Source: Bacilli bacterium (GTDB lineage Bacteria > Bacillota_I > Bacilli_A > RFN20 > CAG-826). From it: a stretch of DNA of 64,000 nt. The position numbers were made by a program, and so were the translations under genes. The stretch's first letter is position 1; each line of letters begins with the position of its first letter. Of the stretch, positions 25,237 to 33,272 are shown in pieces. The stretch lies in assembly GCA_024408085.1 (NCBI GenBank), contig JAKSVH010000006.1:4740-68739 (forward strand), read 5' to 3'. The notes under the pieces are model-generated. The model was not told the DNA's origin. It saw only the letters and a program-made list of their open reading frames with translations, and made no database searches.

Positions 25237-27309
25237 ATGTTCAGAAACAAACATAGAAAATTACTACTTATAAATATAGCTTTATTATCTCTTGCAAGCT
25301 GTGGTGTGCCTGCTGGCCCAAGTGATGATGGCAAGGATTTTGTTACTATTAGAAATAACTATAAATCTTATATGCTAGAGCATCAAGGAACCGGCTACTT
25401 TAAAGATAAGACCATTAAAGAAATAAAGGAAATGCTAACCGAGAAAGACATTGGAGGAATTAAAACATATTTTTTCAATGATATTGATTATACTGATGAT
25501 CAGGATAGAAGTTCTTGGCCTGCCGGAAATCATTTAGGACGAACTTTACAATTAACTGTATTAGCAAATAAAACTAACAACTCTGAACTTAAAGATATTT
25601 CATTAAAATGTCTTTATCATTGGATTTATAGCAATTATAGAAATACTAATTGGTGGCAAAATGAAATTGGTGCCAATCAAAATTTGTCAAATATTGCAAT
25701 GTTTTCTTTCGATGATTTAACAAAAAAAGGTCAAGATGCATTATTAGGAAAACTTTATGAAAGTAGCATTTATCATCGCCCTTCTTTATCTACTCATGAA
25801 GGTTCGAATCTTTTGAATTATTGTGAAATGACTATTAAATGTGCTGCTTTAGAAAAAAATTATAAAGAAATTGATACCGCTTTAGAGTGCACCTCAAAAA
25901 CAATTACTCAGAATGGTGTTGAGGGATATCAACCTGATGGTAGTTTTTTCCAACATGGTACATTGCTTCAAACAGGAAGTTATGGAATTGAAGGCACAAC
26001 AAAAATAGCAAATGTAATTACTATGCTTAAAGGTACAAATAAATCATTACCTACGGATAAAATGGATATTATTTCTAATTTTATATTAAATGGTTTAAAA
26101 CCTATGACTTACAAAGGAATGTATAATTACATGGCTGTAGGTAGAGCCTATTCTAGAGTTGACTCTTTAGATGTTGAATTGGGTTCATATAAAGTTAGCG
26201 ACATGAAGAAATTTACCGCTTTGTCTAATATGCCTAAAAAAGACGAAATTGATAAATATATTGACGATGTAGTTAATAAAACCGCCACTTGCTATATCGA
26301 AGAAACTGAAGCATACGAAAATTCTAAAGTTCTTGTTGGAAATTTCGATGATGTTTATATGTGCTTTAAAGGCTCTGATTCAAATGCAGTAAATACTGAA
26401 TGCGTTAATCATGAAAATTCACTCGGATATAATTTTTCATATGGTCAAAATACATGTGTCATGCAAAGTGGTAAAGAGTATTTTAATATTTCTCCTATTT
26501 GGGATTATACAGAAACACCAGGAGCAACTTCACGAGATTTTGGTGGTGGAACAATTTTAGAAAAAGATCAACAAATTGATAAATATGTAAAGGAAACTCT
26601 AGACAATGGTTTATACGAAGAAAAGCTCGCAAAAATCAATCCAAATACTGGAAAATCGTGTATTTTTAATATTGGTAAACAAGATGGAATAAGCTATAGC
26701 ATGACTCAATCAGTTCATGACATTACAACCAAGAATATTTCTGGAGGGGTTGAATTTACTTCGACTTGTTTTATGACTAATGAAGGTATGATTGTTTTGG
26801 GTGCAGGTTTAGGCAATAAACAAGCAGATCTTCCTGAAAGCGAAAAAATACTTCACACATCATTAGAACAATGTCGACTATATGAAGATGATGAGATTCC
26901 AACCATTTCCGAAGATAATTTAAGCGTAAAAAAAGGCAAAGTTGTTTATTCATCACTAGATAATCAACCTCTTGCTTTAAAAATAGAAGATAGAACATAT
27001 AATTGGCAAAGAAATAATCCTTCTTTAGCATCAAAAATTGAATCAGGAAAAGTGGCTTCTATCACTTTAAATGACGCTCGCGATAAGAATTTTGATCATT
27101 ATGCTTACGCAGTTCAACCAGCAAATAAATTTGCTATGAATTCCATTAGTGTCGTATACAATACTCCGAAAGCAGCTGCCATTGAATTAACTGATGGAAC
27201 TTTAGTTGCCTGTTTTTATGAGAATGAACCATTTGTCTATTCTGGAAAAGAATATAAGCCTTCCTATTTTGATGTTAATAAAGGAAGTTTTGAAATTTTT
27301 TATAATTAA
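25237..27309 (+). CDS. Polysaccharide lyase family 8-like lipoprotein (hyaluronate/chondroitin/xanthan lyase family)
   Basis: Lipobox is LLSLASCG after the ATG at 25237. It has NWWQNEIGANQNL (PL8 N-terminal NWW..EIG motif). It also has QPDGSFFQHGTLLQTGSYG, where His and Tyr are 9 residues apart, matching my recollection of the catalytic His/Tyr pair in streptococcal hyaluronate lyases. Confidence 0.65.
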   Translation: MFRNKHRKLLLINIALLSLASCGVPAGPSDDGKDFVTIRNNYKSYMLEHQGTGYFKDKTIKEIKEMLTEKDIGGIKTYFFNDIDYTDDQDRSSWPAGNHLGRTLQLTVLANKTNNSELKDISLKCLYHWIYSNYRNTNWWQNEIGANQNLSNIAMFSFDDLTKKGQDALLGKLYESSIYHRPSLSTHEGSNLLNYCEMTIKCAALEKNYKEIDTALECTSKTITQNGVEGYQPDGSFFQHGTLLQTGSYGIEGTTKIANVITMLKGTNKSLPTDKMDIISNFILNGLKPMTYKGMYNYMAVGRAYSRVDSLDVELGSYKVSDMKKFTALSNMPKKDEIDKYIDDVVNKTATCYIEETEAYENSKVLVGNFDDVYMCFKGSDSNAVNTECVNHENSLGYNFSYGQNTCVMQSGKEYFNISPIWDYTETPGATSRDFGGGTILEKDQQIDKYVKETLDNGLYEEKLAKINPNTGKSCIFNIGKQDGISYSMTQSVHDITTKNISGGVEFTSTCFMTNEGMIVLGAGLGNKQADLPESEKILHTSLEQCRLYEDDEIPTISEDNLSVKKGKVVYSSLDNQPLALKIEDRTYNWQRNNPSLASKIESGKVASITLNDARDKNFDHYAYAVQPANKFAMNSISVVYNTPKAAAIELTDGTLVACFYENEPFVYSGKEYKPSYFDVNKGSFEIFYN

Positions 27310-27525
27310 CTTTTTATTTAATTTTTAAAATGTAGCACAATATTGTTATAAATTTTAAAAACTTGTTTCTAGAACCAAATATGTGAATTTAAATTTTGTA
27401 TTACTTGAATTTTCAAAAGACAAAAAATTATTAATTCAATTAAAGAGTTTTCAGAAGATTCTAGTTATCATTATTTTGTAAGTGATAGCGCAAATCTTGA
27501 TTAAATCAATAATATTTCTTTTTTG

Positions 27526-27550
27526 AAAAAAGCCCTGTAGGGCTTTTATT
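27526..27550 (-). terminator. Intrinsic terminator (reads on minus strand after the trpB remnant)
   Basis: AAAAGCCC-TGTA-GGGCTTTT is flanked by A/T runs on both sides. Confidence 0.6.
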
Positions 27551-27644
27551 TTTTGCTTTCAGAAGAATGCTCAATCATGTAGTCGAGGTTATCAAAACCT
27601 CGACCAGATAAGTTAAACTTTTTGTGTTCGCAAGTCGCTTTATG
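27546..27644 (-). pseudogene. Remnant of the 3-prime end of a second tryptophan synthase beta gene
   Basis: The minus-strand translation is HKATCEHKKFNLSGRGFDNLDYMIEHSSESKK-stop. It aligns with the C-terminus of the intact gene at 28654 (..[23 protein letters not shown]-stop). An upstream in-frame stop is present and there is no start. Confidence 0.55.
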
Positions 27645-27660
27645 TCAATGATTTGTTTCA

Positions 27661-28623
27661 TTACTTATTATCTTCGATTTTTGTATCAATGAAATTCTTA
27701 AATTGTCCAAACAATTCTTCTTTAGCTTCTGGTTGTCTAGCAATTGAATTATAAAAGCCTTTTGAAGCATATCCGATTGCGTATGCGCTTTCTTCGAATT
27801 TTAATTTTCCATAGGCACCAATAATATAGGTTGTATATTCAAAGATTGAATCGCTTATTTCTGGTTGTCTTGCAAAAGCCTCGAAAGCAGAAGCAGTTCC
27901 AAAGCCTAGCATTTTTGCGCATATTTCTAATTTTTGTTCCGCGATTGCTTTAAGCACCATTTTTCCGAAAGAAATCATTTCAACATGATATTCCGGCTGT
28001 CTAGCAATTGCATCAAAAACCCCATCATCGGTTGTAATTTCGAATTCATTGGTATCACTATTGGATCCAAAAATGGAAGCTATACCATAAATTTTCCCTA
28101 ACGATGTTGAAGCGCCAATGTTATTAAAGAGTAATTCCTTGGCTTCATTCAAATATTCAATAGCTTCTGGCGCTCTAGCAACAGAGTCAAAATAATGAAT
28201 TAATGATAAACCAATTTGTTCATTTCTAATTTCTTCTATACTCTTCTCAGGTGTTTCTAAAATATAAATGATATCTTTAATATCATTGTTGGCCTGGTCG
28301 AGAGAATCACTTAGTTCATCAATTTTCGATGAATTTGTTTTCACGTCATTATTCACTTTTTCAACATTAGAATTTGTCTCATTAATATCATTGTTGGCCT
28401 GGTCGAGAGAATCACTTAGTTCATCAATTTTCGATGAATTTGTTTTCACGTCATTATTCACTTTTTCAACATTAGAATTTGTCTCATTTATTTTTGTATA
28501 ATTTGTTGAAATTTCAGACTCAATTTTGTCAAAGCGAGCTATTGTTCTATCTTCACTTGCACATGATGTACATGCTAAAATTGCTGTTGAACTTAATAAA
28601 ATTAATAATAGTTTATTTTTCAT
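27661..28623 (-). CDS. Surface lipoprotein with 35-aa tandem repeat and four degenerate ARQPE modules
   Basis: Lipobox is STAILACTSC. NETNSNVEKVNNDVKTNSSKIDELSDSLDQANNDI occurs twice. The C-terminal half repeats the motif F/V-x-(A/S)-x-AR(Q/A)PE four times. Confidence 0.6.
   Translation of the reverse strand: MKNKLLLILLSSTAILACTSCASEDRTIARFDKIESEISTNYTKINETNSNVEKVNNDVKTNSSKIDELSDSLDQANNDINETNSNVEKVNNDVKTNSSKIDELSDSLDQANNDIKDIIYILETPEKSIEEIRNEQIGLSLIHYFDSVARAPEAIEYLNEAKELLFNNIGASTSLGKIYGIASIFGSNSDTNEFEITTDDGVFDAIARQPEYHVEMISFGKMVLKAIAEQKLEICAKMLGFGTASAFEAFARQPEISDSIFEYTTYIIGAYGKLKFEESAYAIGYASKGFYNSIARQPEAKEELFGQFKNFIDTKIEDNK
28281..28490 (-). repeat. Two tandem 105-bp copies (about one mismatch) inside the lipoprotein gene
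   Basis: 28281-28385 and 28386-28490 are identical apart from the last few bases, and the duplication is in frame (35 codons). Confidence 0.95.
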
Positions 28624-28653
28624 TTTTTTATCTCCGTAAATTTATAGTTTAGT

Positions 28654-30066
28654 TTAGATTAAATTAGAGTAATGTTCAATCAAATAGTCTAGGTCTTTAT
28701 CGCCTCGGCCAGATAAACAAACAACAATTGAACCTGAATGCATTGTTCTAGCACATTTAATTGCATATGCGAGTGCATGCGAAGATTCAATTGCAGGAAT
28801 TATTCCTTCAAGTTTAGAAAGCAAGAAGAATGCTTCTACAGCTTCATCATCAGTGATTGGAACGTAATTAACCCTTCCTATTGAATTTAAAAATGCATGT
28901 TCCGGACCAACACCGGGATAATCTAGACCGGAAGCGATTGTTGAGGCATCTTTCACATTGCCGTTTTCATCTTGCAGAACTATAGAATTAAAACCGTGGA
29001 TAATCCCTTCTTTTCCATAATTAATTGATGCTGCAGTCTCATCAGAACTCTTTCCAGTTCCAGCAGCTTCAATACCAACAAGTTTAACAGGATCATCTAA
29101 AAATGCTTCAAATATACCGATTGAATTACTTCCGCCACCTGTGCATGCACAAACAATATCTGGTAATTCGCCAGTTTTTTCAATAAATTGCTCTCTCGCT
29201 TCTTTACCAATTATTTCTTGAAAATCTCTAACCATTAAAGGAAACGGGTGAGGACCAACGGTGCTGCCCATACAATAAAAAGCGGTTTTATACTCTTTCG
29301 AGTAAGCAGCAAATGCACTGTCGACTGCTTCTTTTAATGTTTTTGTTCCTTCATTAACTTCAATAACTTTCGCTCCAAGTATTTTCATTTTTGCAACATT
29401 TGGAGCTTGTTTTTTAATATCGACTGCACCCATATGAATTTCACACTCTAAACCAAAATATGCAGCAGCAGTTGCAACTGCAACACCATGACTTCCGGCA
29501 CCAGTTTCCGCAATTAACTTAGTTTTTCCTAGGTATTTTGCCAATAATGCTTCTCCCATACAGTGATTTAATTTGTGAGAACCGGTGTGGTTAAGATCTT
29601 CTCGTTTTAAATAGATTTGTACTTTGCCTAAGTAAGTCGATAATCTTTCACAATGATATAGTGGTGTTGGACGACCTTGGAAGTCTCTTCTAATTCTTCT
29701 AAGTCCTTCTATGAATCTGCTTGATTTACAAATCGTTAAATATCCGTCGTAAATCTCATTAAAAGCATTCTGCAATTCCTTACTTACATACGAACCGCCA
29801 AATCTTCCGAAATAGCCTTCTTTATTTGGATAATTTTTTTTATATGTTGTAAAGTCAATCTTTTCTTCTTTGATTGCAGAATAAATTTGGTTTTCAATAT
29901 TACGTCTTGATCTTTTGTCTGAAGGTTTGTTTGATATATTTGGAATAACATATGATTTACCTTTTTTATATGCTCCATCAACCCTTCCTTGCTCACATAG
30001 AGCACGTACTCTTCTTTCGTTTAGACCCCATTTTCTGGCAGCTTCTTTTACGCTTATATAAATCAT
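28654..30066 (-). CDS. trpB: Tryptophan synthase beta chain fused to an N-terminal helix-turn-helix (excisionase/MerR-type HTH_17) domain
   Basis: AGGAG RBS is present. The N-terminus [42 protein letters not shown] is HTH-like. From about aa 85 it carries canonical TrpB motifs: [14 protein letters not shown]-lysine [27 protein letters not shown] and LSGRGDKD. Confidence 0.85.
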   Translation of the reverse strand: MIYISVKEAARKWGLNERRVRALCEQGRVDGAYKKGKSYVIPNISNKPSDKRSRRNIENQIYSAIKEEKIDFTTYKKNYPNKEGYFGRFGGSYVSKELQNAFNEIYDGYLTICKSSRFIEGLRRIRRDFQGRPTPLYHCERLSTYLGKVQIYLKREDLNHTGSHKLNHCMGEALLAKYLGKTKLIAETGAGSHGVAVATAAAYFGLECEIHMGAVDIKKQAPNVAKMKILGAKVIEVNEGTKTLKEAVDSAFAAYSKEYKTAFYCMGSTVGPHPFPLMVRDFQEIIGKEAREQFIEKTGELPDIVCACTGGGSNSIGIFEAFLDDPVKLVGIEAAGTGKSSDETAASINYGKEGIIHGFNSIVLQDENGNVKDASTIASGLDYPGVGPEHAFLNSIGRVNYVPITDDEAVEAFFLLSKLEGIIPAIESSHALAYAIKCARTMHSGSIVVCLSGRGDKDLDYLIEHYSNLI

Positions 30067-30221
30067 ACCGTTTTACTCCTGTCGGTATATATTGTATGCC
30101 TTATTGGTATTTTTGCAATTATAAAATTAGAAATTCTTTTTCTTAAGATTAAATTTTTTAAAAAAATATTTGATTATTTTTTATATAATAATATAATTGT
30201 TTTCGCTTGGAGGATAAAAAA

Positions 30222-30467
30222 ATGATTTTAAAGAAATTTAATGAATTTTCAAAAATTGTCCGTATTGTTTTACTTGCAATTCCATTCTGTAACTGGGTTG
30301 TTGAGTTAATTCTCAGATGGTCCCTTTTCATTGAAAAGAAAGACGCTGGTTCACTCATCGTTGCTTTAGTTGCTACATTTGGTTTTGGAGTTGTCCTTGG
30401 TTGGATTGATGCAATCTTCACAGCCATGGAAGACAAGATTGTTTTAACTGATCTTAAACTCAATTAA
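30222..30467 (+). CDS. Small two-TM membrane protein (paralog A)
   Basis: The ATG at 30222 has a GGAGG RBS (the track start 30207 is TTG). It shares the pattern IP..NW.VEL..RWS.F.EKK...SLIVA.V......LGW.D with the convergent gene at 30528-30755. Confidence 0.5.
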   Translation: MILKKFNEFSKIVRIVLLAIPFCNWVVELILRWSLFIEKKDAGSLIVALVATFGFGVVLGWIDAIFTAMEDKIVLTDLKLN

Positions 30468-30486
30468 TTTGAAAAAATAGCAAAAT

Positions 30487-30514
30487 AAAAGCTCTGCAAT
30501 GCAGAGCTTTTTTT
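30487..30514. terminator. Bidirectional terminator between the convergent paralogs
   Basis: AAAAGCTCTGC-AAT-GCAGAGCTTTTTTT. Confidence 0.7.
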
Positions 30515-30527
30515 GATAGTCTAGTAA

Positions 30528-30755
30528 TTATTTTGCAAATACTAAGTGTTTGAATAATAAGCACCAGACAAAGTCGAGCCATCCTAATGGTAAACCGAAG
30601 ATTGTGTAAACAATAGCAACGATTAATGAGAATAAGCCTTTCTTTTCAAAGAAATTGCTCCATCTGACACATAATTCAACGATCCAGTTGACAACTGGGA
30701 TTAATAAAAGAATTAATTGAATAATTCTTGATTGTTTGTTGAACCAAGCCTTCAT
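30528..30755 (-). CDS. Small two-TM membrane protein (paralog B)
   Basis: The protein is 75 aa. See paralog A for the shared motif. Confidence 0.5.
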   Translation of the reverse strand: MKAWFNKQSRIIQLILLLIPVVNWIVELCVRWSNFFEKKGLFSLIVAIVYTIFGLPLGWLDFVWCLLFKHLVFAK

Positions 30756-30823
30756 GTAGTCTTCCTCCTATTCATATTATAAAAAATATTATTAATAATA
30801 TAAACAAAAACTTTAAAAATTTT

Positions 30824-31354
30824 TTAGAATGAATGATCGATGTGGTGAGCAGCTTTATAAGCACCCAAATCATTAATTAATGAAGAGACGAAACCAACTA
30901 TCAATAAAATAGGTGCGTTGATACCAAAATTAAATAGCGCCTGTTTAAAGCTTAACATCTCAGAACCAACAATTAATGGGTATATATAGCAGTTAAACAC
31001 TGTTAATGTTGGCGAAATTATAATAAAGAAGATAACAGTGGAGATTAATGTTGCAAGTAATCTATATTTGACGTTTCCTGTATAAGTTTGGTTAGGAACT
31101 TTAAAGAGATTTGCAAACCATCTTCCAATATCTGTTAATGGGATGAAATTCGAAATAATTAATGATAAGGCTAGGGCAATTGCGAAATTTACGCTGAAAT
31201 TTACCCAGTCAATAGTATTAAAATTAATTGTCAAAACACCTGAGTCTAAGTTAGATTGTGCAGTGATGGCAGAAGCTAAGCACAAAAAGAATGAGACAGG
31301 AATGTCACAAACAAGGCTATAGATAAATGTTGCAAGTCTAAACTTTTTTGTCAT
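30824..31354 (-). CDS. Polytopic membrane protein, unknown function
   Basis: The protein is 176 aa with 4-5 hydrophobic segments. It starts 1 nt after the stop of the upstream flavoprotein gene. Confidence 0.4.
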   Translation of the reverse strand: MTKKFRLATFIYSLVCDIPVSFFLCLASAITAQSNLDSGVLTINFNTIDWVNFSVNFAIALALSLIISNFIPLTDIGRWFANLFKVPNQTYTGNVKYRLLATLISTVIFFIIISPTLTVFNCYIYPLIVGSEMLSFKQALFNFGINAPILLIVGFVSSLINDLGAYKAAHHIDHSF

Positions 31355-31355
31355 A

Positions 31356-32471
31356 TTAATTTACCTTTAGTGCTGAAGCAAATGCCCATGTCAGATTATA
31401 ACCTCCACAAGGGCCATCAATATTTAATAATTCACCAATGATGTACACGTTTTTCTCGCGTTTAGACATCATATGTGTGGTGATTTCACTATTTTCAACT
31501 CCTCCAACAGAAACTTGTGAGAAGTCAAAACCATAAGATTTATCAAATGTGAATTCTAAGGCTTTTAAAGCGTTAAATATAGCATTTTCAGTATTAAATC
31601 TGTCTTTTAAGTATGCAGATATTTTTGGATTTATGAATGCCTGCATGAATTCGTTAAAGGAGTGTGAGCTTCTATAATTTTCTAAGTAAGAGACATCAAA
31701 ATCTGGAAGTAGGTCTAATACTATTTTATGCTTTAAATCTTGGTTTCTTGCTATAACTGACATCACATTAAAAATTACAATGCCAGAAAGACCATGATCT
31801 TTAAATAAAACTTCTCCAAGTTCTTCGTGAATTAACTTATTGTTTGCAAACACCTTAACATTGGCTTTGCATCTAATGCCGTCGATAGCTTTAGTTTTCT
31901 CCACTGTATGTAGTGGTGAAAGGCCTGGTTTGCAATCAACAATTTTGTATCCGTGTTTTTTGAGCACAGAAATAACAGATCCGTCACTGCCTAGTTTTGG
32001 TGAGGAACATAGACCTCCAGAGAGAATTAATTTATCACAAATATAGGTATTTTTGCTTGTTAGTACCTTTATATTGCTTGTTATTTCATAGTCTGAGAAA
32101 TTTTCTTCAACGTTGATTTTGATTCCTAATTTATCACATTCGTGAAGTAAAGCATCTCTTACAGAAACTGCTGATTCACTAACTGGATAGGCTAAATTAT
32201 CAATGAGTTTTGTTTGGATAGAAATAGAATCAAAGAACTTCTTATAGTCGTAACCAGTAATAACTTCTTTAGCAAATAGTGGGTCATTATAGCGTGAAAA
32301 ATCAATATTAGAGTTACCTAAATTGCATTTTCCGTTACCTGTAGCAAGAATTTTCTTGAGTGGTTTATCTAAGTGCTCAATAATCAAAACATCATCACTT
32401 TTGTGGTGGCGTTTATAGTTGATTGCAGCTGTAACTCCAGAAGCTCCTGCTCCGATGACTATAACTTTCAT
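31356..32471 (-). CDS. HI0933/BaiN-like FAD-dependent flavoprotein
   Basis: The N-terminal dinucleotide motif is MKVIVIGAGASGVTAA. TGNGKCNLGN, GGLCSP.LGSDG-like and GELLNIDGPCGGYNL motifs are characteristic of the HI0933 family. Confidence 0.7.
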   Translation of the reverse strand: MKVIVIGAGASGVTAAINYKRHHKSDDVLIIEHLDKPLKKILATGNGKCNLGNSNIDFSRYNDPLFAKEVITGYDYKKFFDSISIQTKLIDNLAYPVSESAVSVRDALLHECDKLGIKINVEENFSDYEITSNIKVLTSKNTYICDKLILSGGLCSSPKLGSDGSVISVLKKHGYKIVDCKPGLSPLHTVEKTKAIDGIRCKANVKVFANNKLIHEELGEVLFKDHGLSGIVIFNVMSVIARNQDLKHKIVLDLLPDFDVSYLENYRSSHSFNEFMQAFINPKISAYLKDRFNTENAIFNALKALEFTFDKSYGFDFSQVSVGGVENSEITTHMMSKREKNVYIIGELLNIDGPCGGYNLTWAFASALKVN

Positions 32472-32531
32472 GTGAAAGAGTTTATCATATTCTTTCGCAT
32501 AATTTAAATTATTTCGGTATAATATTCACAC

Positions 32532-32608
32532 GCCCCAATAGCGCAACTGGATAGAGCACTAGACTTCGAATCTGGGGGTTGAGGGTTCAAATCCTTCTTG
32601 GGGCTCCA
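32532..32608 (+). tRNA. tRNA-Arg (anticodon TCG)
   Basis: Acceptor is GCCCCAA...TTGGGGC-T-CCA, the anticodon arm is CTAGA-CTTCGAA-TCTGG and the T-loop is TTCAAAT. Confidence 0.85.
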
Positions 32609-32615
32609 TAAAAAA

Positions 32616-33272
32616 ATGAAATATAAATGTGCAATCTTTGATTTAGATGGAACTGTTCTTGAATCACTTCAAGGTATTTTAGATGCTATAAACATGTCTT
32701 TTAAACAGTTAGGCTTTAACGTTGAAAGAACATATGAAGAGGCTAAATACTTCATAGGGGCAGGGGCTATTGAGTTTGCAAGACGTGCAATAAAGGGCCA
32801 AAACATCCCACTTGATCGTGAGCAAGAACTTATGGAAACATTTCTTGTTAACTATGCTAAAACTCAATCAGAGGTGACTAAACCATTTAAAGGCATTCCA
32901 GAATTATTTGAAGAATTAAGAAAGAATGGTGTCAAAGTTTGCATTGCTTCAAATAAACCTCAAATACTTCTTGAACCAGTCCTTAAACAACTATTTCCTA
33001 CCTTTAAATTTGATATAGCTTATGGTCAAAGACCAAATAAACCTGAAAAACCAGATCCATTTATCATCTTTGAAATATTTAAAGAATTACATGTTGAACC
33101 AGATGAATGTATTTACATCGGCGATTCAGAATATGATTACGAGACAGCACACAATGCAGGCATTGATTCAGTAATAGTTCGTTATGGTTATGGGTTTTAC
33201 GATAAACCTTGGATTAAAAAAGCTACCTACATTGTAGATAGCGTTAACGAATTGAGAGAGTTGCTTAACTAA
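32616..33272 (+). CDS. HAD-superfamily phosphatase (phosphoglycolate phosphatase/PpaX-like)
   Basis: The start was trimmed to ATG 32616 because the track start lies inside the tRNA. Motif I is AIFDLDGTV, motif II is IASNK and motif III/IV is IYIGDSEYD. Confidence 0.75.
   Translation: MKYKCAIFDLDGTVLESLQGILDAINMSFKQLGFNVERTYEEAKYFIGAGAIEFARRAIKGQNIPLDREQELMETFLVNYAKTQSEVTKPFKGIPELFEELRKNGVKVCIASNKPQILLEPVLKQLFPTFKFDIAYGQRPNKPEKPDPFIIFEIFKELHVEPDECIYIGDSEYDYETAHNAGIDSVIVRYGYGFYDKPWIKKATYIVDSVNELRELLN

Noticed and set aside
28268-28501. A repeat array that could be mistaken for a CRISPR or other non-coding repeat (the track also lists a plus-strand ORF here).
   Set aside because: There are only two directly abutting 105-bp copies with no spacers. 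They are in frame within a lipoprotein gene on the minus strand, and the plus-strand ORF is its shadow.
30067-30221. A T-box or other riboswitch leader upstream of HTH-trpB. Similar checks covered gltX (8818-8877) and a c-di-AMP (ydaO-type) riboswitch upstream of the trk operon (20669-20810).
   Set aside because: The intergenic regions are too short (60-155 nt) and lack the conserved T-box or ydaO sequence blocks that I can recognise. The trk leader is fully accounted for by the tRNA terminator, a promoter and an RBS.
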